A stretch of 63,922 nucleotides of DNA, filler included, from an uncultured Rhodopirellula sp. (GTDB lineage: Bacteria > Planctomycetota > Planctomycetia > Pirellulales > Pirellulaceae): NCBI GenBank assembly GCA_964007735.1. It is 4 parts of 4 records of this genome, joined end to end, with 100 filler letters (N's around TTAATTAATTAA, not from the genome) between each part and the next. Parts side by side here need not be neighbours in the genome. Positions count along the whole stretch, not along the records: positions 40,240 to 58,778 come from CAXGAI010000067.1; 3 more parts are not named here. The stretch is one strand, 5' to 3'. Within the stretch, counting starts at the first letter, position 1. Each line of letters opens with the position of its first letter. Position numbers and translations under genes: made by a program. The notes beneath the pieces are model-generated. The model worked only from the letters and a program-made list of their open reading frames with translations. It was not told the DNA's origin and searched no databases. This document shows positions 40,715-51,458 of the stretch, piece after piece.

Positions 40715-43555
40715 TTACTGACAAGCTTCGCAGTCATCGTCCAGGCTACAAGCACTGGTCACGGCCGTTGCCGGCATTTCCGTTGCAGCAACTTCTCGAT
40801 TTACCTCGATATCCGCCGAAGCACTTTGGCTCTTCATCCAACGAGGCTGCACGCCAAACTTATTGATATCCACCGTAGATTTCTCAACCTGAGTCGCTGC
40901 AAGTGTTCGCAGGTAGTAAGTCGTCTTAAGACCTTTTTCCCAGGCTGACATATACATATTATGCAGTTTCTTACCGCTTGGTTCAGCAAGATACAGATTG
41001 AGAGACTGTCCCATGTCAATCCATTTCTGACGGCGGGCTGCACACTTGATAATCCATTCCGGATCAACTTCAAAGGAGGTATGATAGCGAGCTTTCAGAT
41101 CCGCTGGCACTCGTTCAATTTCCTGCACTGAACCATCGTAGTACTTCAGGGCTTCAACCATATCGCTATCCCATAACCCACGACCTTTCAGTTCTTCGAC
41201 TAAATCGGTAGTCACCTGAGTGAATTCACCCGAAAGGTTACTCTTCACATAGAGATGCTTATAAACTGGCTCGATGGACTGGCAAACTCCCACAATGGTG
41301 GAAATAGTCGCTGTCGGTGCGATAGCCATCACGTTACTGTTACGCATTCCGTTCTCAGTGAGCTTCTTACGGAGTGAATCCCAGTCAAGGGTAACACTGC
41401 GATCAACTTCGATGTGAATACCGCGTTGTTCTTCAAGCAACTCCAACGAATCGATGGGCAGTATGCCACGATCCCATTTGGAACCGACATAACTAGAGTA
41501 GGTTCCACGTTCACCGGCGAGATCAGATGACGCTTGAATTGCATAATACGAAATCGCCTCCATACTGCGGTCCGAAAACTCAACGGCAGCATCGCTGGCA
41601 TAACCGATTCCAAGTTTAAACAAAGCATCCTGGAACCCCATGATCCCCAGCCCGACTGGGCGATGTCGACGATTTGAACTTTCAGCTTCGGCCGTAGGGT
41701 AGTAATTAATATCAATGACGTTATCAAGCATTCGCATGGCAACAGTCACGGTCTCCCCCAGTTTCTCTAAATCCAGTTTGCCATCTTTAACATGGTTGGC
41801 CAGATTGATACTGCCGAGGTTACAAACAGCGGTTTCTTCTGGAGAAGTGTTCAGTAAAATCTCTGTGCAGAGATTACTACTGTGAACCACACCTGAGTGA
41901 TCCTGAGGAGAACGAATATTGGAAGGATCTTTCCAGGTAATCCAGGGATGACCGGTTTCGAACAGGCGAGTGAGCATTTTACGCCATAGTTCAACCGAAT
42001 CAACCTTACGGGCCATTCGCAACTCACCCGTTTCTGCTTTACGTTCGTATTCTTCGTAACGCTCTTCGAACTCTTTTCCGTACAGATCGTGAAGATCCGA
42101 TACTTCATCAGGGCTGAACAATGTCCACTCTGCTTTGTCACGAACACGCTTCATAAACAAATCCGGAATCCAATTCGCGGTATGCATATCATGAGTACGA
42201 CGACGCTCATCACCCGTATTACGCCGCAAGTCCAGAAACTCCTCTACGTCGAGGTGCCACGTTTCCAGATAAGAGCAAACAGCCCCTTTCCGCTTACCAC
42301 CCTGATTCACAGCCACTGCGGTGTCGTTGACGACTTTCAGGAAGGGAATCACACCCTGGCTTTGACCATTGGTCCCTTTAATGTGGGAGTTGGTGGCACG
42401 AACATTGGTCCAGTCATTACCGAGACCGCCCGCCCATTTAGAAAGCATAGCGTTGTCCGAGACACACTTGAAGATATGACTCAGGTCGTCACTTACCGTC
42501 GACAGGTAACAACTGCTCAGCTGTGGGTGGTTTGTAGCTGAGTTAAACAGAGTCGGCGTCGCTGATGTGAAGCGGAACTGAGAGAGAATATTATAGAACT
42601 GGATAGCCCGCTCTTCTTTCTGTTCTCCTTCACGAATAGCCAATCCCATGGCGACTCGCATCCAGAAATACTGAGGAGTCTCAATACGACGCCCCTCGAT
42701 ATGTAGTAGATAGCGGTCAAAGATTGCCTGCAAACCAAGGTACTTGAATTTATGATCTCGCTCTGGCTTCAAGGCAGCCGAAATCGTCGCTAAATCATAT
42801 TCACGCAGTACAGGATCCAGACGACTGGCATTAATACCATCAATAATGTAGTGTTCGAACTGATCGCGGTAGATGCCTTCCACCTTATCGAATTCAGGTG
42901 CACTTCCCAGAGCGTCGTTATAGATGACCATCAGCATCAAACGAGATGAAACGACATCAAAGGCGGGGTCACGTTCAATACGTGAACGTGACGCCAGAAT
43001 CATCGAACGATAAATTTCTGTTGACGAAATCCCATCAAACACCTGACGCATGACTTCTTCCAGCAAATCATCAGCATTACAGATTTCCTCAAGCCCCTGA
43101 CAAGCCATTACCAAACGACGGCGAACACGATTTTCGTCAAAGGAAACCCGGGAGCCGTCTTCTAAAGTAACCTGAAGTCTTACGGACTCTTCTGCTTCAA
43201 CTTCACTCTCAGGGGCACGCAAGGCTCGGACCTTAGCATGTTCGCTACGGTAAACAATGTAACGTCTTGCAATGCGATAGTGGCCGCGTCGCATTAGTTC
43301 CATTTCAACAAGGTCTTGAACCTTCTCAACCCCAATTCCTTCACCGGCAGTTGCGAGTGGGCCCATTTCCGAAATGATACTTTCGGCCATACGGGCTATT
43401 TCTTCCAGTGTTACATCTTCCAGCGGCTGAGTTTCAGCCAGATTAAGTTCAGCGCGAAATGCATTACTGATCGCGCGGGCAATTAGCGAATCTTCAAAGG
43501 GCACAATCCGTCCGTCTCGTTTGCGGACATTCCATTCAGCCTGTGTACCTACCAT
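40715..43555 (-). CDS. nrdA: class I ribonucleotide reductase alpha subunit with two ATP cones
   Basis: VRKRDG and VTLEDG cones, ATPTLFN, QLSSCY, SNLCTEI, VCNLGS, APTAT, TTYYLR, C-terminal CEACQ. AAGGAG RBS before ATG 43555. Confidence 0.96.
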   Translation of the reverse strand: MVGTQAEWNVRKRDGRIVPFEDSLIARAISNAFRAELNLAETQPLEDVTLEEIARMAESIISEMGPLATAGEGIGVEKVQDLVEMELMRRGHYRIARRYIVYRSEHAKVRALRAPESEVEAEESVRLQVTLEDGSRVSFDENRVRRRLVMACQGLEEICNADDLLEEVMRQVFDGISSTEIYRSMILASRSRIERDPAFDVVSSRLMLMVIYNDALGSAPEFDKVEGIYRDQFEHYIIDGINASRLDPVLREYDLATISAALKPERDHKFKYLGLQAIFDRYLLHIEGRRIETPQYFWMRVAMGLAIREGEQKEERAIQFYNILSQFRFTSATPTLFNSATNHPQLSSCYLSTVSDDLSHIFKCVSDNAMLSKWAGGLGNDWTNVRATNSHIKGTNGQSQGVIPFLKVVNDTAVAVNQGGKRKGAVCSYLETWHLDVEEFLDLRRNTGDERRRTHDMHTANWIPDLFMKRVRDKAEWTLFSPDEVSDLHDLYGKEFEERYEEYERKAETGELRMARKVDSVELWRKMLTRLFETGHPWITWKDPSNIRSPQDHSGVVHSSNLCTEILLNTSPEETAVCNLGSINLANHVKDGKLDLEKLGETVTVAMRMLDNVIDINYYPTAEAESSNRRHRPVGLGIMGFQDALFKLGIGYASDAAVEFSDRSMEAISYYAIQASSDLAGERGTYSSYVGSKWDRGILPIDSLELLEEQRGIHIEVDRSVTLDWDSLRKKLTENGMRNSNVMAIAPTATISTIVGVCQSIEPVYKHLYVKSNLSGEFTQVTTDLVEELKGRGLWDSDMVEALKYYDGSVQEIERVPADLKARYHTSFEVDPEWIIKCAARRQKWIDMGQSLNLYLAEPSGKKLHNMYMSAWEKGLKTTYYLRTLAATQVEKSTVDINKFGVQPRWMKSQSASADIEVNREVAATEMPATAVTSACSLDDDCEACQ

Positions 43556-44304
43556 ACCGTCACTCCTTCGTAGCGTTGATTTCCTATCACTGTCATTACC
43601 CTCCGAGGCCACTTTATTTAAGCAGGACCCTGAACAGGTAAAAGGAAGGACCTGCCTTCCACTTCTCGCCAATCGATCTTTTTTATCGATTCGACCTCCA
43701 CTGCGCCGTCGGTCCATGAGCGTAGTCGCTACAGTCAAACCAGTCTTCGCTGGGCTGACTATTACAACTCGCCAACATGGGACCCGAGAAAACACCATGC
43801 AGTTCCCGAGTCCAACTCGAAACCACTAGTTCTCGCGCCTTAATGGGCAGTTCTTCTTTTCTGATTGCAGAGTAGTAATCAACAAGTAGCTTGTCGCAAG
43901 ATTTTAGCGACAGAATAAGAATGACACGATTCGTTTACTTACGAGTCAGGTACATCCATTCACCAATTGCTCGAAAAACTCCTGATTAGAAAAGGCGGGC
44001 TGCAACTTACTTGTATTCACCCAATGTTTGTCACGCTGATAAAAGCTCAGGACTAAATTCTCCCGCTGAAGGCGGGGCACCTACAAAGAAACGACCTTTT
44101 TTCAATCCCTGGTCTCGAGCAATCCCTTGCGACCGGCCCAATATCCATGAGCACAATCCCTATTGTTCGATCAATCCATGACTGAAAGCTCATTCCTTGA
44201 AGCTTTCCAATCCTTTGCATCTGGTTTGTCGTGCCAACTTCCTTAGCCAACCAAACATTTCCTCATTGCCCCATATATAGCATGAGCCAACGACCAGCGT
44301 GCCG

Positions 44305-44351
44305 AAACAATATATCGTAGGCAACAACAAAGTCAACACAATATATTGTAG
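44305..44351. promoter_or_regulatory. tandem NrdR boxes
   Basis: AAACAATATATCGTAG (44305) and ACACAATATATTGTAG (44336), 31 bp apart, upstream of nrdAB. Confidence 0.8.
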
Positions 44352-44429
44352 TTTCACCGATACTTCGCTCCAATTTTTTGCATCCCCCAAAAAAGGTGAG
44401 GCAAACACCGAAGCAGAGCCCGAGAAACC

Positions 44430-44466
44430 TGCTAGCAGTCCCCACCTGCAGTGGGGGCTGCTAGCA
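44430..44466. repeat. 16-bp inverted repeat / hairpin
   Basis: TGCTAGCAGTCCCCAC-CTGCA-GTGGGGGCTGCTAGCA, with one G-T pair. Confidence 0.7.
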
Positions 44467-44528
44467 CTTTAGCCGGGTGGTGGGTTGCAAAACCACCCTC
44501 GACCTGTTGTGATTATCGTCACCTCAAA

Positions 44529-44544
44529 CCACAAGATGTAGTAT
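44529..44544. promoter_or_regulatory. additional NrdR-box-like site
   Basis: CCACAAGATGTAGTAT, with a weak partner 32 bp upstream at 44497. Confidence 0.5.
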
Positions 44545-44812
44545 TTGGCGCAATTTCGCAGAAAAACGCAATAGCAATCACTAAAAACTTGTTAATGTGC
44601 TAGCATTCGGTCGGTTTTTGTTGCGGCCGGACGCCTGGTTCACCGCATTTGAACAGTTGAACCGCCGGAGAAGATACAAACAACATGAACAAAACACCTA
44701 CAAAACGCCGAATCTCTATATAGTGGATAAAAACTGTCAATGGAGAGTGTATGCGCTTTGATGACCGCATCATCCTCTCTTTCACCTATAGCTAACTATT
44801 TCGCAAAAAAGC

Positions 44813-45964
44813 ATGGCATCAACTGATATTAAGCAGGATCCACTACCATTTTCAATCGGTGAAGCCCGAAAGATCGTTGGTGGTGACCTGTTCAAACACA
44901 ATGCATTGATCTACTGGACTGACTTTTTACTTTGCTGGTTCGTCGGGTTCTACGCTTATGCGCATGCGAGAACGTATGCTGCAAAAATTTACCTTGCGGA
45001 CTTCGAACAAAACTGGCGGATGGACGGGATCTCGATCCCCGAATCTGCCGTCATGCTTTGGGGATCCTATATCGTTGCAACGCTTCTATCCTGTGTACTT
45101 TACTATCGTATCGCAATGTTTATTCACGAAATCGTGCACATGCGTGGACGCAATTTGATTGTATTTCGATTTGTATGGCACATTCTATGTGGTATTCCGT
45201 TTTTGATACCCTCCTTTGTGTATCACACCCACCTGGATCACCACCGCAGTAAGCATTATGGAACCGAGCGAGATGGTGAATACCTTCCCCTTGGCCAACG
45301 TCCGCCGTGGCAAATCATAGCATTTCTACTGCACCCGTTTATCGTGCCACCACTGGTCTTTATTCGCTTTCTTTTCTTAACACCAATCGCCTGGAGTATC
45401 CCCAACTTCCGCTTATTCATCCACCAACGCTGCTCATCAATGATCATCGACCCGTTCTACATTCGACCTTCCGAACCTGAGGCCGCTCGGCGTCGTATGT
45501 ACATCCAGGAATTTTCCTGCTTCCTGTGGCTGCTTACTCTTGTTGGGGTTGTCTTTTTCACTCGCGACACACTGCCGTGGCCATTTTTCATCCAGTCTTA
45601 CACAACAGCGGTAATACTGCTGACTCTCAACGCACTGCGAACGCTAGGAGCTCATCGCTGGAGTAATGACGAAGGCCAAATGTCCTTTGAAGAACAGCTA
45701 CTGGACTCGGTAAACTATCCTGACAGCCGGTTTGTCGGAGAATTATGGGCACCTGTTGGACTTCGATATCACGCCTTGCACCATCTCTTTCCGGCGATTC
45801 CCTATCACAATCTGGGAATCGCACATCGAAAATTGGTGACTCACCTGCCTAAAGATAACATTTACAACCAAACCGTTGCAAAGACGCTCACCGAGGCCCT
45901 ACAAAATCTATGGCAACGAGCCAAAGCCTCCACGACCACGACAAGCGGCGGGAAAACATCCTAA
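44813..45964 (+). CDS. membrane fatty-acid desaturase family protein
   Basis: His boxes HEIVH, HLDHH and HALHH, plus TM segments. Confidence 0.9.
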   Translation: MASTDIKQDPLPFSIGEARKIVGGDLFKHNALIYWTDFLLCWFVGFYAYAHARTYAAKIYLADFEQNWRMDGISIPESAVMLWGSYIVATLLSCVLYYRIAMFIHEIVHMRGRNLIVFRFVWHILCGIPFLIPSFVYHTHLDHHRSKHYGTERDGEYLPLGQRPPWQIIAFLLHPFIVPPLVFIRFLFLTPIAWSIPNFRLFIHQRCSSMIIDPFYIRPSEPEAARRRMYIQEFSCFLWLLTLVGVVFFTRDTLPWPFFIQSYTTAVILLTLNALRTLGAHRWSNDEGQMSFEEQLLDSVNYPDSRFVGELWAPVGLRYHALHHLFPAIPYHNLGIAHRKLVTHLPKDNIYNQTVAKTLTEALQNLWQRAKASTTTTSGGKTS

Positions 45965-46013
45965 CCAACATACTGAGAATCAAATACGAGTCTGACTCGT
46001 TAATGGAGAATCA

Positions 46014-47246
46014 ATGATGTCATTCACTAACACCATATGCATAACGAAGCAGCTACTAACTGTCACACTCGTTGTTGCGCTGACATCCGGTCCATTTGTA
46101 GGGCAATTACCTGGACAGGCCCCAGATCTGGAGAAAAACCTGCCACCTCAGGCAAAGCCTCGAGTCACCAACAGTATTGGTATGTCCATGGCTACTATTG
46201 ATGCTGGCACATTCCAGATGGGCGCTCCGGAATATGTTGTTCAGGTGGCTTTAGATGGAAGCCGATTCCGCACCGGTCAGATTTTCATGGTCGATGACGC
46301 TACTGGAAGCAGTGTACGTTTTGAGCTTGTGGACGCTGATACGAAAGCAACTCCGCGTCTATATTCCCCTGTACCTTTCAGCGGTGGAACTACGACTGGC
46401 ACACCATCCAGTCCTGCGCAAATCGCTACCAACATTGCCACGGCAATTAATGCTCAAACCGACGCCGGCAACCTGGACATCACGGTTAATGTGCAGGGTG
46501 CTTTCCTTAACTTTGTCGGTATCGGACTTTTCAGTGCTGGTCGAATTAACACGGATAACGACAATCGGGTTATTGTCCGCAAACCGGACCCCTATGCCAG
46601 CAATGACGAACGACCACAGCACGCTGTGGAACTCACCAAGGCATTCAATATAGGGGTTACCGAGGTCACTCAGGCTCAGTGGGAAGCCGTGATGGGTAAC
46701 AACCCCAGCCCCGAGAAGAATCCATACATGCCGGTCACCAACATCTCTTACGAAGACGCCAAAGCTTTCTGTGCCAAGCTTTCCGAATTACCGGAAGAAA
46801 TGGCCGCCGGGCGCACCTACCGCCTGCCGACAGAAGCAGAATGGGAATACGTCTGCCGCGCTGGTACACGCACCGCCTATAATTATGGAGATTCCTTCGA
46901 TAATAGCGAGCAGGACCTAGGGCAAGTCCTCGCCGAATACGCCTGGTTCAACACGAACGCCACAACGCCACAAGTCGTCGCTGGTAAACAGCCGAACCAA
47001 TGGGGTCTGTACGACCTGTATGGCAACGTTGCTGAATGGTGTGAGGATGTCTACCAGGCGAACTACTACGGTGACAATCCACCACCACAGGATCCAAAGG
47101 GCCCGACAGCTGGTGACATTCGAGTTCTACGTGGAGGAAGCTATGTGTCTCGCCCCTCTTCCTGCCGCTCAACCTATCGCGGCAGTGCCAACCAAAAAGT
47201 ACGTAGCCGGCAAAATGGCTTGCGTATTGTTTGCATTGAAAAATAA
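46014..47246 (+). CDS. secreted FGE-sulfatase (SUMF1) domain protein with an internal domain insertion
   Basis: NSIGM..GTFQMG, DERPQH.V, EVTQAQW, RLPTEAEWEY.CRAG, PNQWGLYD.YGNV.EW, RVLRGGS. Confidence 0.9.
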   Translation: MMSFTNTICITKQLLTVTLVVALTSGPFVGQLPGQAPDLEKNLPPQAKPRVTNSIGMSMATIDAGTFQMGAPEYVVQVALDGSRFRTGQIFMVDDATGSSVRFELVDADTKATPRLYSPVPFSGGTTTGTPSSPAQIATNIATAINAQTDAGNLDITVNVQGAFLNFVGIGLFSAGRINTDNDNRVIVRKPDPYASNDERPQHAVELTKAFNIGVTEVTQAQWEAVMGNNPSPEKNPYMPVTNISYEDAKAFCAKLSELPEEMAAGRTYRLPTEAEWEYVCRAGTRTAYNYGDSFDNSEQDLGQVLAEYAWFNTNATTPQVVAGKQPNQWGLYDLYGNVAEWCEDVYQANYYGDNPPPQDPKGPTAGDIRVLRGGSYVSRPSSCRSTYRGSANQKVRSRQNGLRIVCIEK

Positions 47247-47264
47247 GACGAGCTCAAGAAGGTT

Positions 47265-47843
47265 TTACTTTCGACAGCTATAAAAGATTGCCGGAGGAAA
47301 ATTTCGCCACACCACTCGGCTGATCGTAACGGTTGAAAAAGTTTCCTTCAATCGTTTCCTGAATCGCCGCGCGTTTTGTAGCGGTAAGCCATGTACGTAG
47401 GCAAAGGTTACAAACTGACCATTGTCGGCCAATACATCCAGCGTCGCACTGAGAAGCTCTTCCTGCAACGGTTCGGGGAAAGCGGTCCAGGGAAGACCAC
47501 TGATAATGCCGTCCACCCAATCGACATCTTCGCGGTCGCAAATCCGACGAATATCACTCACCGATTCATTAAAAACTTTCAACTGTGGTAGCTTCTCGTT
47601 GAGTACGGGGATAAAACTACCATTCAGTTCCACAGCAAAGAACTTCTGATGATCCCCAACTCGCTCTAACAAGTGCTTGGAGATTGCCCCGGTGCCCGGT
47701 CCGTATTCAACCACATTTGTAAGCGTATCCCAGTGCAACTGGTCAAGCATCGCATTAGCCAGGTAACGAGAACTAGGGGCAATCGCTCCCACTTTATTAG
47801 GGGACTTCAGGAATTCGCGAAAAATTGTGCGAGCTTTGAGCAT
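47265..47843 (-). CDS. phospholipid/ornithine-lipid N-methyltransferase-like SAM methyltransferase
   Basis: VGAIAPSS, VVEYGPGTG, ISGLPW, FVTFAY, VWRNFPPA. Confidence 0.82.
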   Translation of the reverse strand: MLKARTIFREFLKSPNKVGAIAPSSRYLANAMLDQLHWDTLTNVVEYGPGTGAISKHLLERVGDHQKFFAVELNGSFIPVLNEKLPQLKVFNESVSDIRRICDREDVDWVDGIISGLPWTAFPEPLQEELLSATLDVLADNGQFVTFAYVHGLPLQNARRFRKRLKETFSTVTISRVVWRNFPPAIFYSCRK

Positions 47844-48021
47844 GGGCGTATTTTAGAACGGTTTTACCGAAAAAAACAGTGCTTACAAATACAAACCGCT
47901 CCAGAGATCTCAATGACGGTCTTGCTATCCAGACCCTATATTTCATAATATATAAGTAGTGAAACTGTCGATAATATCGGTGGGTGCGTTCGTTATCTAA
48001 GCACAGTGTAGGAAATATCAA

Positions 48022-49392
48022 ATGTTAACGATTTACGGTAAATCAAAAGGACAACAAGGTTACTGTGACGGGCTGGCCCGACGTGACTTCCTGAAGATTG
48101 GTGGAATGGCGATGGGTGGTCTTTCAATGGCCAACATGTACGATGCAGACCTGCAAGCCAAGACTGGTTCCAACCACCGTGCAATCATTAATATCTACAT
48201 GCCTGGCGGCCCTTCTCATATTGATCTGTGGGACCTTAAACCAGACGCGCCGTCAGAAATCAGGGGGGATTTCCGTCCCATCAAGACAAATGTCCCGGGG
48301 ATTGAAATCTGTGAGCATTTCCCCAGGATGGCGCAAATGATGGACAAGTTCATCCCCATCCGATCGATCAGTGATGCCGATGGACGTCATGATGCCTATC
48401 AATGTATGACCGGCTGGAAATTTGGTGAACGAGGCCCGCGTGAAGGTCGTCCGAACTGGGGCTCTTGGGTTTCTCACCTGCAGGGGAATGTAAACAACGC
48501 GGTACCCGCCAACGTCTCATTGATGTACCCCACTGGAAACCGCACCTGGGGGGAAACTCAGATGGGAGGAATCCTCGGCGTGAAGCACTCCCCATTTGGT
48601 CTGGTGGAAAAAGACCCGATGAAGGACCCCAGTAACATGGTTCTGCAGGGCATTACACTTGACCGACTGAACGATCGAGAAGCCCTTCGTTCAGCCTTTG
48701 ATTCGTTCCGTCGCGATGTAGACAACACTGGCATCGCCGACGGTATGGATGTATACCACCAGCAAGCTCTTGGTATTCTTACAACCAGTAAATTGGTCGA
48801 TGCCTTAGACCTGACTAAAGAAGATCCGAAAACACTTGCTCGCTACGGTGAAAATGACCCAACTTACCAACGAGACGGGGCTCCGAAGATGATTCAAAAC
48901 TTCTGCATCGCCCGTCGACTTGTGGAAGCCGGTGCTCGGGTTGTTTCACTTAACTACAGTCGCTGGGACTGGCACGGTGGTGATGGAATGAACTTCCCTC
49001 GCTCACGCCAAGAATTCCCAAAACTTGATCAAGGACTCGCCGCATTGGTGACAGACCTTCATGAGCGAGGGCTGGATCGATACGTTTCCGTTGTGGTTTG
49101 GGGGGAATTCGGCAGGACTCCCAAGATCAACAAGAACAACAGTCGTGACCATTGGCCGCGTGTTAGCTGTGCCATGCTTGCCGGTGGTGGCATGAAAACA
49201 GGGCAGGTCATTGGCGCAACCAACAAGTACGGTGAATACGCCACAGAACGTCCTGTGAAATTCCAGGAAGTCTTCGCCACACTTTACAAAAACGCGGGTA
49301 TTGATACCGGCAAAATCCGCTTCTTTGACAAGACCGGGACGCCCCAATACATGGTTCGTGAAGGTATTGAACCTATTCGCGAGATCATTTAA
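48022..49392 (+). CDS. DUF1501 family protein
   Basis: RRDFLKIG, GGPSHIDLWDLKPDAP, ARRLVEAG, WDWH, GEFGRTP, RDHWP. Confidence 0.93.
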   Translation: MLTIYGKSKGQQGYCDGLARRDFLKIGGMAMGGLSMANMYDADLQAKTGSNHRAIINIYMPGGPSHIDLWDLKPDAPSEIRGDFRPIKTNVPGIEICEHFPRMAQMMDKFIPIRSISDADGRHDAYQCMTGWKFGERGPREGRPNWGSWVSHLQGNVNNAVPANVSLMYPTGNRTWGETQMGGILGVKHSPFGLVEKDPMKDPSNMVLQGITLDRLNDREALRSAFDSFRRDVDNTGIADGMDVYHQQALGILTTSKLVDALDLTKEDPKTLARYGENDPTYQRDGAPKMIQNFCIARRLVEAGARVVSLNYSRWDWHGGDGMNFPRSRQEFPKLDQGLAALVTDLHERGLDRYVSVVVWGEFGRTPKINKNNSRDHWPRVSCAMLAGGGMKTGQVIGATNKYGEYATERPVKFQEVFATLYKNAGIDTGKIRFFDKTGTPQYMVREGIEPIREII

Positions 49393-49438
49393 TTCGTTCT
49401 GTTCATCACGAATACGCCGAGCCTGACAGGATAAGCTG

Positions 49439-50998
49439 ATGGACTGGATCATCCGAAATGGTTCCGTAATTGACGGCACCGGAGCGCCTCGCTATCCAGC
49501 CGACTTAGGAATTAGCGATGGAAAGATTACCGCCATCGGTGATCTTTCAGCCACCGCGGCTGCTCAGGAAATTGATGCCTCTGACAAGATCGTATGTCCC
49601 GGTTTCATTGACGTTCACAATCACAGCGATGGCTGGCTGCTACGCGACGGACATCAAACCTATAAAACACGGCAGGGCTTTACCACCGAGATCATCATGT
49701 CCGATGGAATCTCATATGCTCCGGTCAGCAGTGAAACGTGGCGAGATTGGATTTACTATCTACGAGGTCTTAACGGGCTTCGGATGCAGGACTACACGGG
49801 CTGGCAAACCTTGGACGATTATCTGGAGGTGCTAAACGGCCGTAGTGTCCAGAACTTTGCCGCGCAGATTCCCTATGCAAACCTGAGAACCCTCGTCCAC
49901 GACTTCAGCCGTGGACCGCTGGATGATTCTCAGGTTGTCCGAATGCAACAACTGGTAACTGAATGTCTGGAAGCCGGGGCTGTCGCTCTTTCCACCGGAC
50001 TTGACTATATCTCGCAGTGCCACAGCCCGACCAGCGAATTGGTCAAAGCCTGTCTCCCAATGGCTGGTCAAAACAAACCGTATGTTACTCACATCCGCTA
50101 CAAAATCGGACTACTTGACGGCATTCGTGAAGCCATTGAAATCGGGCGCAAAGCAGGCGTGCCGGTACATATATCCCACCTCAAGTGCCAGCCACCCTAT
50201 CACCCGGAGCAAGTATTCGAATTGATAGAAGAAGCCTGTGCCGAAGGGATACCGACCACCTTTGACGTCTACCCCTATCAACCTGGCAGTACGATGCTGA
50301 ATTATCTCTTACCTTATGAGGTCTGGGAAGACGGCCCCCTTGCCGCCACCGGAAAGCTTGCAATCGACCACATTCGCCGAAAGGCGGAGCATTCTTTCGA
50401 ATCCTATCGCTTAGACCTTGAACATGTCCTCATGGCCTGGTCACCAACGAACGACCACGTCCATGACTGGGGGAAGACGCTGCAGCAAATCGTCAGCGAA
50501 AGCGGTAAAGACGCCTCGAGAGCGCTAATTGATTTACTACTTGACGAACAACTTGGAGTGCTCTGTGTGATGGACGAGGGTGATGACAGATTAGTCGAAC
50601 CGTTTGTCTCTCATCCGCGATGCATGATAGGTACCGATGCGATCTACCAACCCGACGGAAAGGTTCATCCCAGAGCTTATGGAAGTGCAGGGCGATGGCT
50701 GGGACAATTTGTACGAGATGCAAAGCTCTTCTCGCTGGAAGAAGCTATCCGTAAAATGACCTCTCTCGGTGCAGATACCTTCAACCTTCAGGGACGCGGG
50801 CGTTTGATCGAAAACGCCTACGCGGATCTGGTTATCTTTGACGAACATACTATTAATGATCATGCCGACTTTGGCGATCCTATTCACCACTGCAGCGGCA
50901 TTGAACATGTACTTATCAACGGAAAGTCCGTTGTGCAATGCAGGGCACCACTGGACTTCGAAAACACCAACCTCCAGGCTCCTGGTCAACGCCTCTAA
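49439..50998 (+). CDS. N-acyl-D-amino-acid deacylase family amidohydrolase
   Basis: IDGTG, PGFIDVHNHSD, STGLDY, HISHLK, DVYPY, GTDA..HPRAYG, ADLVIFD. Confidence 0.9.
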   Translation: MDWIIRNGSVIDGTGAPRYPADLGISDGKITAIGDLSATAAAQEIDASDKIVCPGFIDVHNHSDGWLLRDGHQTYKTRQGFTTEIIMSDGISYAPVSSETWRDWIYYLRGLNGLRMQDYTGWQTLDDYLEVLNGRSVQNFAAQIPYANLRTLVHDFSRGPLDDSQVVRMQQLVTECLEAGAVALSTGLDYISQCHSPTSELVKACLPMAGQNKPYVTHIRYKIGLLDGIREAIEIGRKAGVPVHISHLKCQPPYHPEQVFELIEEACAEGIPTTFDVYPYQPGSTMLNYLLPYEVWEDGPLAATGKLAIDHIRRKAEHSFESYRLDLEHVLMAWSPTNDHVHDWGKTLQQIVSESGKDASRALIDLLLDEQLGVLCVMDEGDDRLVEPFVSHPRCMIGTDAIYQPDGKVHPRAYGSAGRWLGQFVRDAKLFSLEEAIRKMTSLGADTFNLQGRGRLIENAYADLVIFDEHTINDHADFGDPIHHCSGIEHVLINGKSVVQCRAPLDFENTNLQAPGQRL

Positions 50999-51014
50999 CC
51001 GGTCAATCGATTAC

Positions 51015-51308
51015 ATGCCAACTTACGTATACGAAGTACTAGAAAACGGAAAGCCAACCGACGAGCGATTTGAAGTTGTGCAGCCAATGTCCGACCCCCC
51101 TCTGGAAACGCATCCTGAATCCGGCAAGCCGGTACGTCGAGTAATTCTTCCCGCTAATATTGGAGGACGTTTTTCCGATGGGGCGATGAATCGTTCGATG
51201 GCGAATGACGGAAAACTCGACCGGTTAGGCTTCACCAAGTATGTCAAAAGCGGCGACGGAACCTACGAAAAAGCATTTGGCAGCGGGCCCAAAAACATTA
51301 AGAAATAA
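51015..51308 (+). CDS. FmdB-family zinc-ribbon-like protein (Cys-less)
   Basis: MPTYVY..FEVVQPMSDPPLETHP..G.PVRR. True start is the ATG at 51015. Confidence 0.8.
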   Translation: MPTYVYEVLENGKPTDERFEVVQPMSDPPLETHPESGKPVRRVILPANIGGRFSDGAMNRSMANDGKLDRLGFTKYVKSGDGTYEKAFGSGPKNIKK

Positions 51309-51458
51309 ATTGAGTTAACACCACCACTCTGGCGGTTCCGCATTTTTATTTCCTCATTTTTCAGCCTGAAGCTACTTTTTTAGTCGCGATCTCGTATAAG
51401 ATAAGAGTTACTAATCGAACATTTAAACTCTCACTCATTTTAGCTAGAGATCTAAATC

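Noticed and set aside
43556..43798. 81-aa N-terminal extension of NrdA in the ORF track
   Set aside because: A strong AAGGAG RBS precedes ATG 43555, the ATP cone begins right after it, and the extension looks non-coding.
43556..43860. Cobalamin riboswitch upstream of nrdA
   Set aside because: Plausible for nrdAB, but I could not find the B12 box or the conserved GGGAA, GCCACTG and CCCGC..CTGT core elements. An Rfam scan would settle it.
45986..46000. ACGAGTC-T-GACTCGT palindrome before the FGE-domain gene
   Set aside because: Short, single occurrence, no U-tract. Not enough to assign a function.
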